Positions 1 through 12,520 of a stretch of 64,000 nt of DNA are shown piece by piece. Under the pieces are notes generated by a model. The model was not told the DNA's origin. It worked only from the letters and a program-made list of their open reading frames with translations, and ran no database searches. This DNA comes from Octopus sinensis (lineage: Eukaryota): positions 154,442,001 to 154,506,000 of the forward strand of contig NC_042999.1 of the NCBI RefSeq assembly GCF_006345805.1, written 5' to 3'. The translations under genes and the position numbers were made by a program. Position 1 is the stretch's first letter. Each line of letters opens with the position of its first letter.

Positions 1-350
1 GGCCCGAAATTTTGGGGGGAGAGGGCCAGTCGCTTGAATCGACCCCAGTACGCAACTGATACTTAATTTATCGACCCCGAAAGGATAAAAGGCAAAGTCG
101 ACCTCGGTGGAATTCGAACTTAGTACGTAAAGACAGACGAAATACCTATTTCTATTTCTTTGCTATCCACAAGGGGCTAAACACAGAGGAGACAAACAAG
201 GACAGACAAACAGATTAAGTCGATTACATCCACCCCAGCGCGTAACTGGTACTTAATTTATCGACTCCGAAAGGATGAAAGGCAAAGTCGACCTCGGCGG
301 AATTTGAACTCAGAACGTAGCGGCAGACGAAATACCGCTGAGCATTTCGC
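1..350 (-). mobile_element. SINE family B (tRNA-like head, two internal ~180 bp units), cut by window edge
   Basis: Reverse complement of GAGTTCAAATTCCGCCGAGGTCGACTTTGCCTTTCATCCTTTCGGGGTCGATAAATTAAGTACCAG occurs twice; same family as the + copy at 21904. Confidence 0.85.
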
Positions 351-878
351 AAATCCTATGTTAAAAAAAATTATTGTATCAGAACAAATAATCTAGATAT
401 ATCATTTTATATTATTTTCTAGAGCTGAATCGAACTGAGCCCACCATCATTGAAATCATTGATTCTAGTTTAAAATGTTTTATTTCTTTCTTTAGAGTTG
501 AATTTCAACAAATATTTCGCTTCAAACCAAAGACTGAAGAAGCCAAATAAGATTAAAACATTTTGGATTATATCATAGAACTCTAATAAACAACAGCTAA
601 AGGGTACAAATAACGCGAACCAGCGATTTATAACACACGCGTATGCGCGCGCCCACAGTGCAACTTGAAATAATTTCGTCAACAATGAAGTAAATTTAAC
701 AAAATTCTTCTCACAAAAACTACTAGCTGCTCTGAAATATTTTTTCTTCGGAACTTGAATATAAAGAATAAAGAAAAATAAACAGAAAGGAAATGTAAAA
801 TTTTACAATATCTTTGGTATATCCAGTTAACATTTTTCGTAAGAATTAAATTAACGTAAAAATTTGTTGTTCTGCACA

Positions 879-1100
879 TCTATATATATAAAACTCAACT
901 TGTGTGTCTGTGTATGTATCTGTGCGTGTGTCTGTGTGTTTAACTTCCCGGCACATCTCCTCCTAGCCAACAAATCGTAGACCACCAAAAATGGGTCACT
1001 TAAAGTTTAGGCGAATGAAAATTGAACTGCGCTACTTCTGTTCCGAAATTTATCTCGCAAGTGCAAAAATCAATAATGTGTTTGTTTAGGCCTTATCCCA
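879..1100 (+). mobile_element. Non-autonomous Helitron-like 5' fragment (second copy 3173-3395)
   Basis: A|TCTATATATATAAAA start followed by TGTGTGTCTG repeats, same 5' style as the element at 43765; no 3' CTAG seen. Confidence 0.5.
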
Positions 1101-1140
1101 TGCATACATACATACATTCATACACACACGCACACACACA

Positions 1141-1189
<49 letters not shown>

Positions 1190-1226
1190 ATATATTATAT
1201 ATATATATATATTATATATATATATT

Positions 1227-1285
<59 letters not shown>
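1100..1285. repeat. Compound microsatellite (CATA)(CA)(TA)(GA)(GATA)
   Basis: Directly visible. Confidence 0.95.
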
Positions 1286-1340
1286 AGATAGTTAGATTGA
1301 TCGTAGAGGTATGTTTGGGTGTGGTGTGTTTGTGTGTGTT

Positions 1341-1555
1341 GTGTCTGTGTCTGTTTGTTCCCCCCAACATCGCTTGACAACCGATGCTGGTGTGTTTAGG
1401 TCTCAGTAACTTAGCGTTCGGCAAAAGAGACCATAGAATAAGTCCTAGGTTTGCAAAGAATAAGTCCTGGGGTCGCTTTGCTCGACTAAAGGCGGTGCTC
1501 CAGCATGGCTGCAGTCAATGACTGAAACAAGTAAAGAGGTAAAAGAGTAAAAAAA
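1341..1555 (+). mobile_element. SINE family A, 3' half
   Basis: GATGCTGGTGTGTTT...GGCGGTGCTCCAGCATGGCTGCAGTCAATGACTGAAACAAGTAAAGAG tail shared with full copies. Confidence 0.85.
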
Positions 1556-1781
1556 AAAAAGATGATGCCGAAAATGCCTATGGTTTTTATACTTCCAAGG
1601 GCGATATATAATAATATCAATCCAGTTCTGGGATCATTGTAATTGACAAGTCCCTTCTTAAAAGCTGCTGGTATTGTGTCTAAAATAAAAATATAAAGGC
1701 AGCAAGCTGGCAAATTCGTTAGAGCGTCGGAAAAAGCTGTTTGCGATATTTGTTCCGACTCTACATATCTGAATTTAATTA

Positions 1782-2028
1782 GGTTATTTCCACAGAAATT
1801 AAGCCAGCACTAATTCTTTTTACTACAACGTTCGTATCGAGACATCAGATGTAAACAAAAAATGAGATCAAAGACAATCCACCCCCACCCCATACCTACC
1901 CCCACCCCGAATATGACGTATACACTTATTACCCATTTTTGTCTTCAATCTCATAGCTTGTTTACATCTGACGTCTCGATACGAAACGTAGCAAAGATCA
2001 GTCTGGCTATACTTTCTGTACAAAAACC
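1782..2028. mobile_element. MITE with ~80 bp imperfect TIRs, possibly Kolobok-like
   Basis: CGTATCGAGACATCAGATGTAAACAA vs TTGTTTACATCTGACGTCTCGATACG; termini GG...CC, right flank TTAA, left flank ATTA. Confidence 0.6.
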
Positions 2029-2279
2029 TTAACACAATAATGTAAAGAGCACTGCTAACACAGGAGTAGGACGTGGTACTGACTTATAAAACATTCAGTA
2101 TACCTTATAATATATTATGGTGGCATGACGAAATGCTACGTACCTACAAGTCATTAATCTGAAGTTAAATCACGCCGAAGATTAAACAAAGTACCAGCCA
2201 AGTAATGGGATCAATAATATCGACTGACTTTTTTCCTCTAAGTATTTCAGCTCTGGTACCTATGTTACAAATTATTCTT

Positions 2280-2645
2280 TTTACTCTAGGCACAAGGCCC
2301 GAGAATTTTGGGGGGAGAGGGCCAGTCGCTTGAATCGACCCCAGTACGCAACTGATACTTAATTTATCGACCCCGAAAGGATAAAAGGCAAAGTCGACCT
2401 CGGTGGAATTCGAACTTAGTACGTAAAGACAGACGAAATACTATTTCTATTTCTTTGCTATCCACAGGGGCTAAACACAGAGGAGACAAACAAGGACAGA
2501 CAACAGATTAAGTCGATACATCCACCCCAGCGCGTAACTGGTACTTAATTTATCGACTCCGAAAGGATGAAAGGCAAAGTCGACCTCGGCGGAATTTGAA
2601 CTCAGAACGTAGCGGCAGACGAAATAACCGCTGAGCATTTCGCAA
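2280..2645 (-). mobile_element. SINE family B (duplicate of 1-350)
   Basis: Same sequence as 1-350 plus the CTCTAGGCACAAGGCC end. Confidence 0.85.
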
Positions 2646-3460
2646 ATCCTATGTTAAAAAAAATTATTGTATCAGAACAAATAATCTAGATATATCATTT
2701 TATATTATTTTCTAGAGCTGAATCGAACTGAGCCCACCATCATTGAAATCATTGATTCTAGTTTAAAATGTTTTATTTCTTTCTTTAGAGTTGAATTTCA
2801 ACAAATATTTCGCTTCAAACCAAAGACTGAAGAAGCCAAATAAGATTAAAACATTTTGGATTATATCATAGAACTCTAATAAACAACAGCTAAAGGGTAC
2901 AAATAACGCGAACCAGCGATTTATAACACACGCGTATGCGCGCGCCCACAGTGCAACTTGAAATAATTTCGTCAACAATGAAGTAAATTTAACAAAATTC
3001 TTCTCACAAAAACTACTAGCTGCTCTGAAATATTTTTTCTTCGGAACTTGAATATAAAGAATAAAGAAAAATAAACAGAAAGGAAATGTAAAATTTTACA
3101 ATATCTTTGGTATATCCAGTTAACATTTTTCGTAAGAAATTAAATTAACGTAAAAATTTGTTGTTCTGCACATCTATATATATAAAACTCAACTTGTGTG
3201 TCTGTGTATGTATCTGTGCGTGTGTCTGTGTGTTTAACTTCCCGGCACATCTCCTCCTAGCCAACAAATCGTAGAACCACAAAAAATGGGTCACTTAAAG
3301 TTTAGGCGAATGAAAATTGAACTGCGCTACTTCTGTTCCGAAATTTATCTCGCAAGTGCAAAAATCAATAATGTGTTTGTTTAGGCCTTATCCCATGCAT
3401 ACATACATACATTCATACACACACGCACACACACACACACACACACACAACACACACACA

Positions 3461-3509
<49 letters not shown>

Positions 3510-3532
3510 GATATATATATATATACAATTTC

Positions 3533-3747
3533 AAAATGTAACCACATGTGAATCGTTGGGGATTTTTTTTTCTCCGTCTTCCTTTTTTATTGGACTTTCC
3601 TCTGTCTCCTGTTTCTGAAAAAGAGCTTTACTCGAAACGTAAAGTCACCTTTCTTTCTTTCCCTGAGCGTCTGCTAATACTTTACATATACCACGGCCTC
3701 GCGTTGTTGTTTTCTGTTTTGTGTTTGTTCTTCGTTTTTTTATTTAC

Positions 3748-3750
<3 letters not shown>
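3533..3750 (+). mobile_element. Family D1 repeat with degenerate minimal hammerhead-like motif, ending in (TA)n
   Basis: TTT-CTGAAAA-A-GAG-CTTTA-CTC-GAAAC-GTA at ~3613-3642; homologous to 26940, 49950(-), 58695. Confidence 0.7.
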
Positions 3751-3783
<33 letters not shown>

Positions 3784-3789
3784 CGTGTG

Positions 3790-3870
3790 TTGGTTAAGGT
3801 GTTGCATTCACGATTGCGGGATCGTGGGTTCGATTCCCAGACCGGGCGTTGCGTTGTGTTCTTGTGGTAC
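3790..3870 (+). mobile_element. tRNA-like SINE head fragment (family C-related)
   Basis: GGTTAAGG...GGGTTCGATTCCCAGACCGGGCGTTG: B-box plus the junction shared with 45897. Confidence 0.6.
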
Positions 3871-4771
3871 TGCAAAAACGTTGTGAGATATGGTCTTGTT
3901 AAATAGAAGTACTCTCTTGGCATTCTGGCTTTAGTCACAACACCAATGTATGCAACATTCTCATCGACTCTGAGATATTTGTAGCTTTATAATTAGAGCT
4001 ACAATGTATGTATGCATGTATGCATGTATGTATGTTTGTATGCATGCATGCATGTATATATGTATGTATGCATGCATGTGTGTTTGTATATATGTTTTCA
4101 GATTTTATATATTCGATTATTTTCTGCAGTAGCAAATATAAACCTCCCCCGCTTCTTTCTATCCATAATTACATATAAATATTGAATGAAGGAACTCTAT
4201 ATAAACTTCAGAATATTCTAGAGGAATTCAAAAACAAAACAAACATCAAATTAACCAGGACAGCTGATTCTCACAGTTGCGTAAAAGCGACATGCATAAT
4301 CGCCATGCTCCGTCTTTCTTTCTCTTCTCTACATTTCTATCTATCTACATTCACTTCTGTCTTCCTCTCTTTCTCTCTCTCTTTTTGCTTCTCTCTCTCT
4401 CTCTCCTCTTTACCAATGGACCAAACTGAAAGGTGTCTCAATGAAAATGCTCTTTAGCAGCTGTAGCTCTAACATTTAATGACTAGACATTTATTCCTAT
4501 TTTGTGGGTTTGGGGCAATATTTTGAAAAGGTTACGAAAACAAAATCGTTAATTCTTGAAATAGTTAATAAAATATAAAATTTCCATGAATTTGTTACTC
4601 AAAAAAAAATCCACAGACATTGCAACTACAACACAATTATTACAATAAACAAAAACTGCGATAGATTTCAAGAAACCGAATCGAATGTGGTCCGGGACTC
4701 ATTAGAATGTTATTTAGCCATATAGAAATATAAGAATAAAACTAAATTATTCTGATATTTCCATAAATTTG

Positions 4772-4925
4772 GTGAGGTGCATGACCAATTGGTTAGGGTG
4801 TTGGACCCATGATGGTAAAATTATGGTTTCGATTCCTGAACAGGGCAATGTGTTGTGTTCTTGAGCAAAACACTTCATTTCACGATGCTCCAGTCCACTC
4901 AGCTGGTAAAAGAGAGTAATCCTGT
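4772..4925 (+). mobile_element. tRNA-SINE head plus central core domain
   Basis: A/B-box-like head, then TTGTGTTCTTGAGCAAAACACTTCATTTCACGATGCTCCAGTCCACTCAGCTGG, shared with 13556. Confidence 0.7.
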
Positions 4926-4984
4926 GAGGTACAGTTTTTTAATGATGTTTTTGCAGGTTTTATAAAAAACATTACATGCATACA

Positions 4985-7270
4985 TATATGGTGGTTGTCT
5001 ACTCCTTATGCAGAGTCCGACCACCTCTTGTACCTACAACTTAGATCCGTCATGGCGTCTGGTGTTGCTTTTTAAACCAGACAATGTATTGAAAAGACAC
5101 CCACATTGATTGCATATCCGATTTGGACCACCAAGAGCTGCAGTTAAGCTCTGATCTTTGTGGATCTTAAAATGTCTTTTGAGACCTCCCTTAGAATTGT
5201 AGACCTTGTGGCAAAACACGGCATTGAGAGGTGTGCCCAGATATATAGGAAGAATAGTTGATGTAGGTTCGTTTTTCGTGGTTCCTCAAATGAGATTTAA
5301 GGCCAGCAAAAGGAAGGCATGGTCTGTCACGAACGGTAAACACAAAAAGGTCCCTGAAATTCATCTTCTTGATCTTAACATTCTTCTTTAAATCTCTCTT
5401 GAGTCTTGCGTGTGTTATCCTGGCCTCCTCAAACGCTTTCACTCCACTCCACATTTTTGTTCGTCATTTTTTATCCGAGGCAAGAGTTTCTTTGGTCTTT
5501 GAATCCATTCCAAGTGACTTCATGGTAATCCCTATGCTGTCCTTAAACCTATTTTTAGGTTTACACCAATTGCGTTTCCCCTCTGCAAGCTCCAGGATTA
5601 TTGTTTTATTGAAGTGATGCCTTCAGACGCAAAGACATCTGTGTCTGGAGTAAAAAGCCTAATTTAATGTTTAAAATGTAACGAAGGCATTTTTGGTGGA
5701 ATCGTTGTAACAATTTGAAATGTCTTTCATAATCTTTCATAACACGTCCATGTTTCAGAAGAATAGAACGGGAATGATAAGACAAACGATTTGTAAAGAG
5801 ACAATTTTGTGTTGTTATTTATATGTCTCAAAACACGTGACCTCAAACCACCAAATGATTGTGCCGCCCTTTCAATTCGCAGATGTATTACTCTATCCAT
5901 ATTTTCCTAATTTTGTACAGAGCTTCCAAGGTAGATGAAAGAGTCAACAATATCAAGTAACAAACCCTTAAAATTTAAAGGGGTTGCAAACAGCACCACA
6001 TGCAGGTTGATACATTATAGCTGTCTTTTTTTTTCAAATTGATGGTCAAGCCAAAATCATCTCAAGCTGAGTCAAATGCAGTTACAAGAGATTGCAGGCC
6101 TCAGAGCAACTGACCAGATCGCTATCCTAAGCGTATAAGAGTTCCCTAATGAGTGATGTAAAAACCTTTGTTTTGAATTTCGGTCTCGTCAGATTAAAAA
6201 CATTCTCAGTTGTTTGATAGTTTACGTAAATACCCTCCTCAGAGTTTTAAAATGCGTGTGACAACACAACAGTAAAGTATATTGCAAAGAGGGTGAGTGA
6301 ATCAATGTCTCCTTGCTTAACACCATTTTTTCATGGCAAAAGATTTAGAAAGCCTACCATCAAAATTAACTCTAGCCTTCATATCTTCATGCAAAGCCCT
6401 GATCATGTTTACAAATTTTTATGAGCAACCTATTTTCCATAGAATTAGCCACAAAGCATTTCGATTAACTGTATCGAATGCCTTGCTTATATCAACAAAG
6501 CAGTGGCAGAGGGCAACATTCTGTTCAATGAATTTTTCCTGAAATTTTCTGATACAAAAGATACAATCAACTGTGCCCCTCGAGGAGCGTAAACCACGTT
6601 GAGACTCAGACACTATATATGGAACTATGAAGGTATTTAAACGTTCTAACAGAATGCGGGCAAATACTTTCCAACTACAGACAAAAGTGAAATCCTACGA
6701 AAATTACAACACAGATCGTTTGACTCCGATGTATACAAGAAGGCTAAAATGGCATCAATCCAGTCTTGAGGCACTTCCTCAGTTTTCCAGCAGTGAAAAA
6801 TATATATATATATATTTAACAGTTCAAACATTTTGTCAGCCTCATATTTCAAGACCTCTGCACAGATTCCATCAGACCCTGGAGACTTATTGTTATTCAG
6901 CTTATTCACAGCTAAATAAATGTCATTTAGAGTTGATTCAACTGCCATCTCCTCTATAAATGGGAAGGTGTTCGATGTTTTCTGTCATCCTCATGTCAAC
7001 GAATAATGATTTATTCAAAAGTGCAGAAAATGTTCTACCAAGCGCTTATGAATGGAATCGGTGTCAGTCAAAAGCAAATGTCCATTTGTTGTTCTCACTG
7101 GAGCTACTGAAGAAGATTTTGGGCCATATACCGCCTTAACATAAGAGTACAAACCCTTGGCATCATTTCTATCATCTGCTTTTTGCGTCCCCTTTGCTGT
7201 GTCAATCCACCATTCCTGTTTAATTTTCCTTACAGTAATCTGCACTTTCTCTGTATGTTTAATTAATTTG
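4985..7270 (-). mobile_element. 5'-truncated, disrupted RTE-clade LINE (RT plus C-terminal C2H2 fingers)
   Basis: Minus-strand peptides: WWIDTAKGTQKADDRNDAKGLYSYVKAVYGP; SESQRGLRSSRGTVDCIF...FVDISKAFDTVNRNALW; KNGVKQGD; AGLKSHLRNH. Many stops and frameshifts. Confidence 0.92.
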
Positions 7271-7284
7271 TTCTAAGGAAAATG

Positions 7285-7321
<37 letters not shown>

Positions 7322-7349
7322 ACACACACATACGCACACACACATAATA

Positions 7350-7445
7350 ATAGAAGACACTTGCCCAAGGTGCCACGCTATGGGACTGAAGCCGGAACCA
7401 TGTGGTTCGTAAGCAAGTTACTTACCACACAGCTATTCCTACGCC
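7350..7445 (-). mobile_element. SINE family A head fragment
   Basis: Reverse complement of GGCGTAGGAATAGCTGTGTGGTAAGT...CCTTGGGCAAGTGTCTTC. Confidence 0.8.
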
Positions 7446-7480
<35 letters not shown>

Positions 7481-8023
7481 TATACACTCTCATACATACA
7501 TGAACATACATCTATGTGTGCGCGTGTGCGTTCGTGTATGTGTGTGTGTGCGTATGTGTAGGTGAAGCAAGGAAAGAAAATAGCACTCGACACATTTTGA
7601 AGTTGTATTTATTTAATAATCTCGCGGCAATCATCGCTTTTTAAAATTGATTAAACTAACTTTGTTAATGCATGTCATAATTTACTTTGACTCGAATCTT
7701 GAAAGCATCTCTTGAAAGTAGCCTTAAGAATGAATACATTTTCGAACTCAATGCAATTTGTACTTTAAATAATGTTAAATGAGTTTGCAACTAACCTAAT
7801 GTAAGACAAGTTGAAAACAAAATATATTAACTCTTAATATGAAGAATACATCTTGATGAGGGCAGAAAGAAATCGAGTGAAGCCCGTCATCAATTGGCAC
7901 TCTTCTCTATCTTGAAACCACTTACTGTATTTACTCGACTAGAAGTCTCCTTCATGTATAAGCTGTACCCCGTTTTTTTTTAGTAAAAATCATGTATTAA
8001 ATTGTGCAACTTATACATGAGTG

Positions 8024-8440
8024 GCGCAGGAGTGGCTGTGTGGTAAGTAGCTTGCTTACCAACCACATGGTTCCGGGTTCAGTTCCACTGCGTGGCATCT
8101 TGGGCAAGTGTCTTCTACTATAGCCTCGGGCCGACCAAAGACTTGTGAATGGATTTGGTAGACGGAAACTGAAAGAAGCCCGTCGTAAATATGCATATAT
8201 ATATATATGTGTGTGTGTGTATGTTTGTGTGTCTGTGTTTGTCCCCCTAGCATTGCTTGACAGCCGATGCCGGTGTGTTTACGTCCCCGTCACTTAGCGG
8301 TTCGGCAAAAGAGACCGATAGAATAAATACTGGGCTTACAAAGAATAAGTCCTGGGGTCGATTTGCTCGACTAAAGGTGGTGCTCCAGCATGGCCGCAGT
8401 CAAATGACTGAAACAAGTAAAAGAGTAAAAGAGTAAAAGA
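8024..8440 (+). mobile_element. SINE family A, full length (tRNA-like head / internal microsatellite / tail)
   Basis: GGCGCAGGAGTGGCTGTGTGG (A-box-like), GGTTCAGTTCC (B-box-like), internal (TA)(TG), tail ending (AAAAGAGT)n. Confidence 0.92.
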
Positions 8441-8470
8441 GTATGAGTAAAAATGGTGCATAATGTCTTC

Positions 8471-8725
8471 AACAATTTGTAAATATGATCAGGACTTTGC
8501 ACGAAGATATGAAGGCAAGAGTTAATTTTGATGGTAGGCTTTCTGAATCCTTTGCAATGAAAAAATGGTGTAAAGCAAGGAGACATTGATTCACTCGCCC
8601 TCTTTGCAATATACTTTACTGTTGTGCTGTCACACGCATTTTAAAACTCTGAGGAGGGTATTTACGTAAACTATCAAACAACTGGGAATGTTTTTAATCC
8701 GACGTGACCGAAATTCAAAACAAAG
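8471..8725 (+). mobile_element. Inverted copy of RTE RT segment 6167-6420
   Basis: About 90-95% identical by eye to the reverse complement of 6167-6420, including the same frameshift and stop. Confidence 0.9.
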
Positions 8726-9219
8726 CACGATTCATGCATGTGTTATCGTTTTCTAAAATAACCAGAATCATATGAAACAACATTGAATAAAATATCATCA
8801 GGGACAACCATATTTAACACGTCCCTCTACACGCGAAATACTCCTGGGAGAAAATTCTACCCGCAGACAAAATGTGTGAAAAAAAAATCGGGCTGTCAAT
8901 GACGTTACCGTATTGTAGGACGCGTGTATTTCTACGTCATTGCGCATCGTCGGCTACAACTGCCGAATTCGTCTGTCACGCCCTATAACAACAATTGTTC
9001 CTATAAGAAAAGTAAATTGTACATATACCGATATGCGTAAAGCTTGCTTCCGCTGGAATTAAGTAACTAATATCACACGAAGCAGAGTTGGATAAAATAT
9101 AGTCATGCACAACTATATTCAACACGTTCATGTGTATTCGGAAATGCGGAGATAGTCCTGAAAGAAAGTTCTCATGCGCAATGATGTAGAAACGCATGCA
9201 TTCTACTACCATCTATGAT

Positions 9220-10477
9220 GTCATTCATAGGCCACAGTGGTTTTACATATTTTTGTCTGAGAGGAGAATCTTCTCTTCAGAAAATGATTTGGCATTGGAT
9301 TTGAACATCTTATTTTGTTTGTAGCATTTGATTCTTTTCTCAAATCTGCGTATTCTCTGAGCTTTTGCCTGAACTTTTTGTTTAAGTTTTTCTTTCGCTG
9401 AGATTAGTTCTTCTCTTGTTGAGAGTCCATATTTTCTCACAATCTTCCTGCCTTTTCTTGATCTTACACCATTTCCAGAGATTAGCTCAGTTAATATTGA
9501 TATCTCCCTTCGCAATGATTCAATTTCAGTTTCAATTCTACTCCTCCAGTTTGATTTTCTTTTCGAATTTGGTATTGTTGGCTTTTTGGGCGTTAAACAG
9601 CGTCTTTCCATTACCTTAGTAACAGAGTAAATAATTTCATTTAACTTATTAAGATCGGGTTTTGTTGTATGATTTCTTGTGTAACGCAGTTTCCAATTTT
9701 TATTTGTGTTTTATGTTGATGTGCATTTGAGAGTTTATGGAGTGGTTCCCTATCATTCATATTTGTATGCCCTACAAATGCAAGCTCATTCAGAACTACC
9801 TGCTTCATTTTAATGACAGATTTTCTGTGTTGTTCAGCAAATATGTGGTCTTCAAATTCTGTTTCGACATCATTTTCCGGGCTGTTTTTTCTAGGGTCAT
9901 TATATTTTCCTTTTTCTTCAGGCTCTTGAGTGGTTTCGGCAGATGGTCGCCTTTCAGTCAATGCTTGTGGTCCAACATTCCTCCTCTCTGCTTCGTTATT
10001 TCCTTCCTGACTTATATTTAGGTCATTCTCTACCACTTTTTTAATAGAGGTTAATTCTGCATCTGTGAGTCTGGTATTTCTGAAGATATCTCTTCTAACA
10101 TTTGCTAATCAGTTTTCATCCAGGTTTGGTCTGTTAGCTGGATTCCGGCTCCTCCAAATTTTGTAGGAGTTTACGGTGTGTTTCTCTTGAGTTGGCCTAC
10201 TTAATGCAAAGTAATAAGTATATATTACTTCTTTATAGTCTTCCCGATTCCATTTAGTCCTTTTACATTTTTGTTTTTCTGGTCGTTGTAGTGGTGAACT
10301 TTGGGGGCTTAATTTGGGACAAATCCCGTTTAAGTGACCTTCCAGGTTCGTATTCGGGGAAGATATTCTGCCATTTGAAAATTTTTTGCCACCAGGCAGA
10401 CAGCTTCCAGACAGGCGCGCTTCCTTTATAACCATTGGACAAGCGATTCGGTGTACTGTTTGAAATTTTCTTTTCAA
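9220..10477 (-). mobile_element. R4/Dong-clade non-LTR retrotransposon, N-terminal portion, disrupted
   Basis: KRTKWNREDYKEVIYTYYFAL...YKIWRSRNPANRPNLDENKLANVRRDI and NWRSRIETEIESLRREISIL...KLKQKVQAKAQRIRRFEKR...QNKMFKSN match the recalled pre-RT region of R4/Dong ORFs. Confidence 0.75.
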
Positions 10478-10481
10478 GTAA

Positions 10482-10482
<1 letters not shown>

Positions 10483-10559
<77 letters not shown>

Positions 10560-10570
10560 GCTGTTGTTGT
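10483..10570. repeat. (ATT)n microsatellite abutting the 5' end of the Dong-like element
   Basis: About 25 ATT units grading into GTT/GCT. Confidence 0.95.
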
Positions 10571-10649
10571 TGTTATAATATCTTCACACGTGAATTCTTC
10601 AAAGGCTCTTTATCCCACGTGTGTCTTCTTGTTCTTTGTACATATTCAT

Positions 10650-10697
<48 letters not shown>

Positions 10698-10736
10698 ATT
10701 ATATTATATACATACATACATACATACATACATACA

Positions 10737-10770
<34 letters not shown>

Positions 10771-12199
10771 CATACATACATACATATATACATACATACA
10801 TACATACATACATACATGCATATATGTACGTATGTATGTATTTTAATAGATATGTATATAAGTTATATTTGATATGCAGTTTGCAGTACGAGATATTCTC
10901 TTCATATGCAGTCAGTTTCGACTGTGCCGCCGTGTCGCTCCTTACAACCGTGTCGCGTAACTGTGATTGCGGCCAGTGGACATCCGGGTTCTTTTGATGC
11001 CCACCAATTAGAATGCTTTTATTCTCGGTCGTCCATGCAGTCATCGCATCAAACCGGATACAGCTGTAGCCACTCCAGTTACACAGCGACTATCTTTGTT
11101 TAACCTACTCACCTACTATTTGTCCTTAGTTTTCAACCTTTTTTCTTTCTCTTTCGCATGTTCACATGCCTCTACCGTGTCCATGTTGAGACGTGTTCTT
11201 CTTTCTTCTATTTACAAATCATTGCTCTGCACACACGCGTACATACACACATACAGACGCACACACAACCAGTGTATTATTATGCATACATACGCTTCGG
11301 TCTATCTTAATCATTTAAATCTTTCTTACTAATAAAAATGGTGGTCTCGCTTCAATTTGGATAATATATATGCTGAGTGTCATATATCGCGACTTATGAA
11401 AGCCTTGTATGTTTTGTTATTGTACCAAACAGTGTTTCTTTCTCAAGACATTGCTGTGATATTTACTGTGGTCTTCGCTGTCCAGCAATTCTACGTCTGT
11501 ATGTATAATCAATGTATACGTGTGTTTATGTGCCTATGCATGTATATAGATATTAATGTTTGTTTTTATGTTCCTTTACAATAAAGATAAACCAATTTTA
11601 TATTTATCTGATGGATTATTCTATACTTTTTCAGAGTACAAATTTATAATTCTTAAACATGAATATTACTGACAGTGACTTCGTTGTCTCAGCCAGTTAA
11701 GCCATCTTATAAATGTATTTCGTGGACAGCGACGTGTGAGGAATAATGAAGAATAATCATGAAAAATATTTATACTCTTCTACTGTATTGAGTACTTTTT
11801 CCTAAACTTTCTTACATCAAACGTTCATACACATACGCAAACACACATAAACACGCACACACACGCACGCCCACTCACATACACACACACACGCACATAT
11901 TTATACACAAACACATACAAATACAAATAGCTATCACCATCATCATTTGTCATCAAGCCGAGCTACTTGCTTCACTCCTCCACAAATACAACCCACGAAC
12001 ACTTTCCCTACTATATATAGTGTCCACAAAACCACTCCTAGCTGCGTTACTGTGGGGTGACAGCCAGCCTGGATTTCCCGGCATTCATGTCAAATACGGA
12101 CACCATATTTATCAATATATTTGAACAACTTTAGATGTTATAGCGTTATGAAATCAAGGAGTGTTTTTGTGGACGACCGCTAGCTACTAAAGCTTTCTT

Positions 12200-12360
12200 T
12201 TTTTTTTCTCTCTCTGTTTATTTCCACGTGTTCCTTTCTGTTTAAGAGCGTAGGATCGAAACGTGAAAGACTCTATCACTTTCTCGAGCGTTAAACTAAT
12301 ACACCTGTTTGTTGTTTACACACCTATCTTCGTCTTTTGTTTTTCGTAAATTCCAACTAT
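12200..12360 (+). mobile_element. Family D2 repeat with degenerate hammerhead-like motif, ending in (TA)n
   Basis: CTTT-CTGTTTA-A-GAGC-GTAG-GATC-GAAAC-GTG-AAAG; homologous to 58985 and 59235. Confidence 0.65.
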
Positions 12361-12373
12361 AATATATATATGT

Positions 12374-12482
<109 letters not shown>

Positions 12483-12485
12483 CTG

Positions 12486-12520
<35 letters not shown>

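Larger units (their letters stand above)
1..3525 (+). repeat. Direct duplication: 1-~1225 repeated at 2296-~3525 (period ~2294 bp)
   Basis: Near-identical sequence; identical ORFs at 470..685 and 2763..2978; visible differences are 1-bp indels. Confidence 0.95.

Noticed and set aside
5034-5454. Host C2H2 zinc-finger gene
   Set aside because: Collinear and co-oriented with the RTE RT remnants and followed by the element's 3' end.
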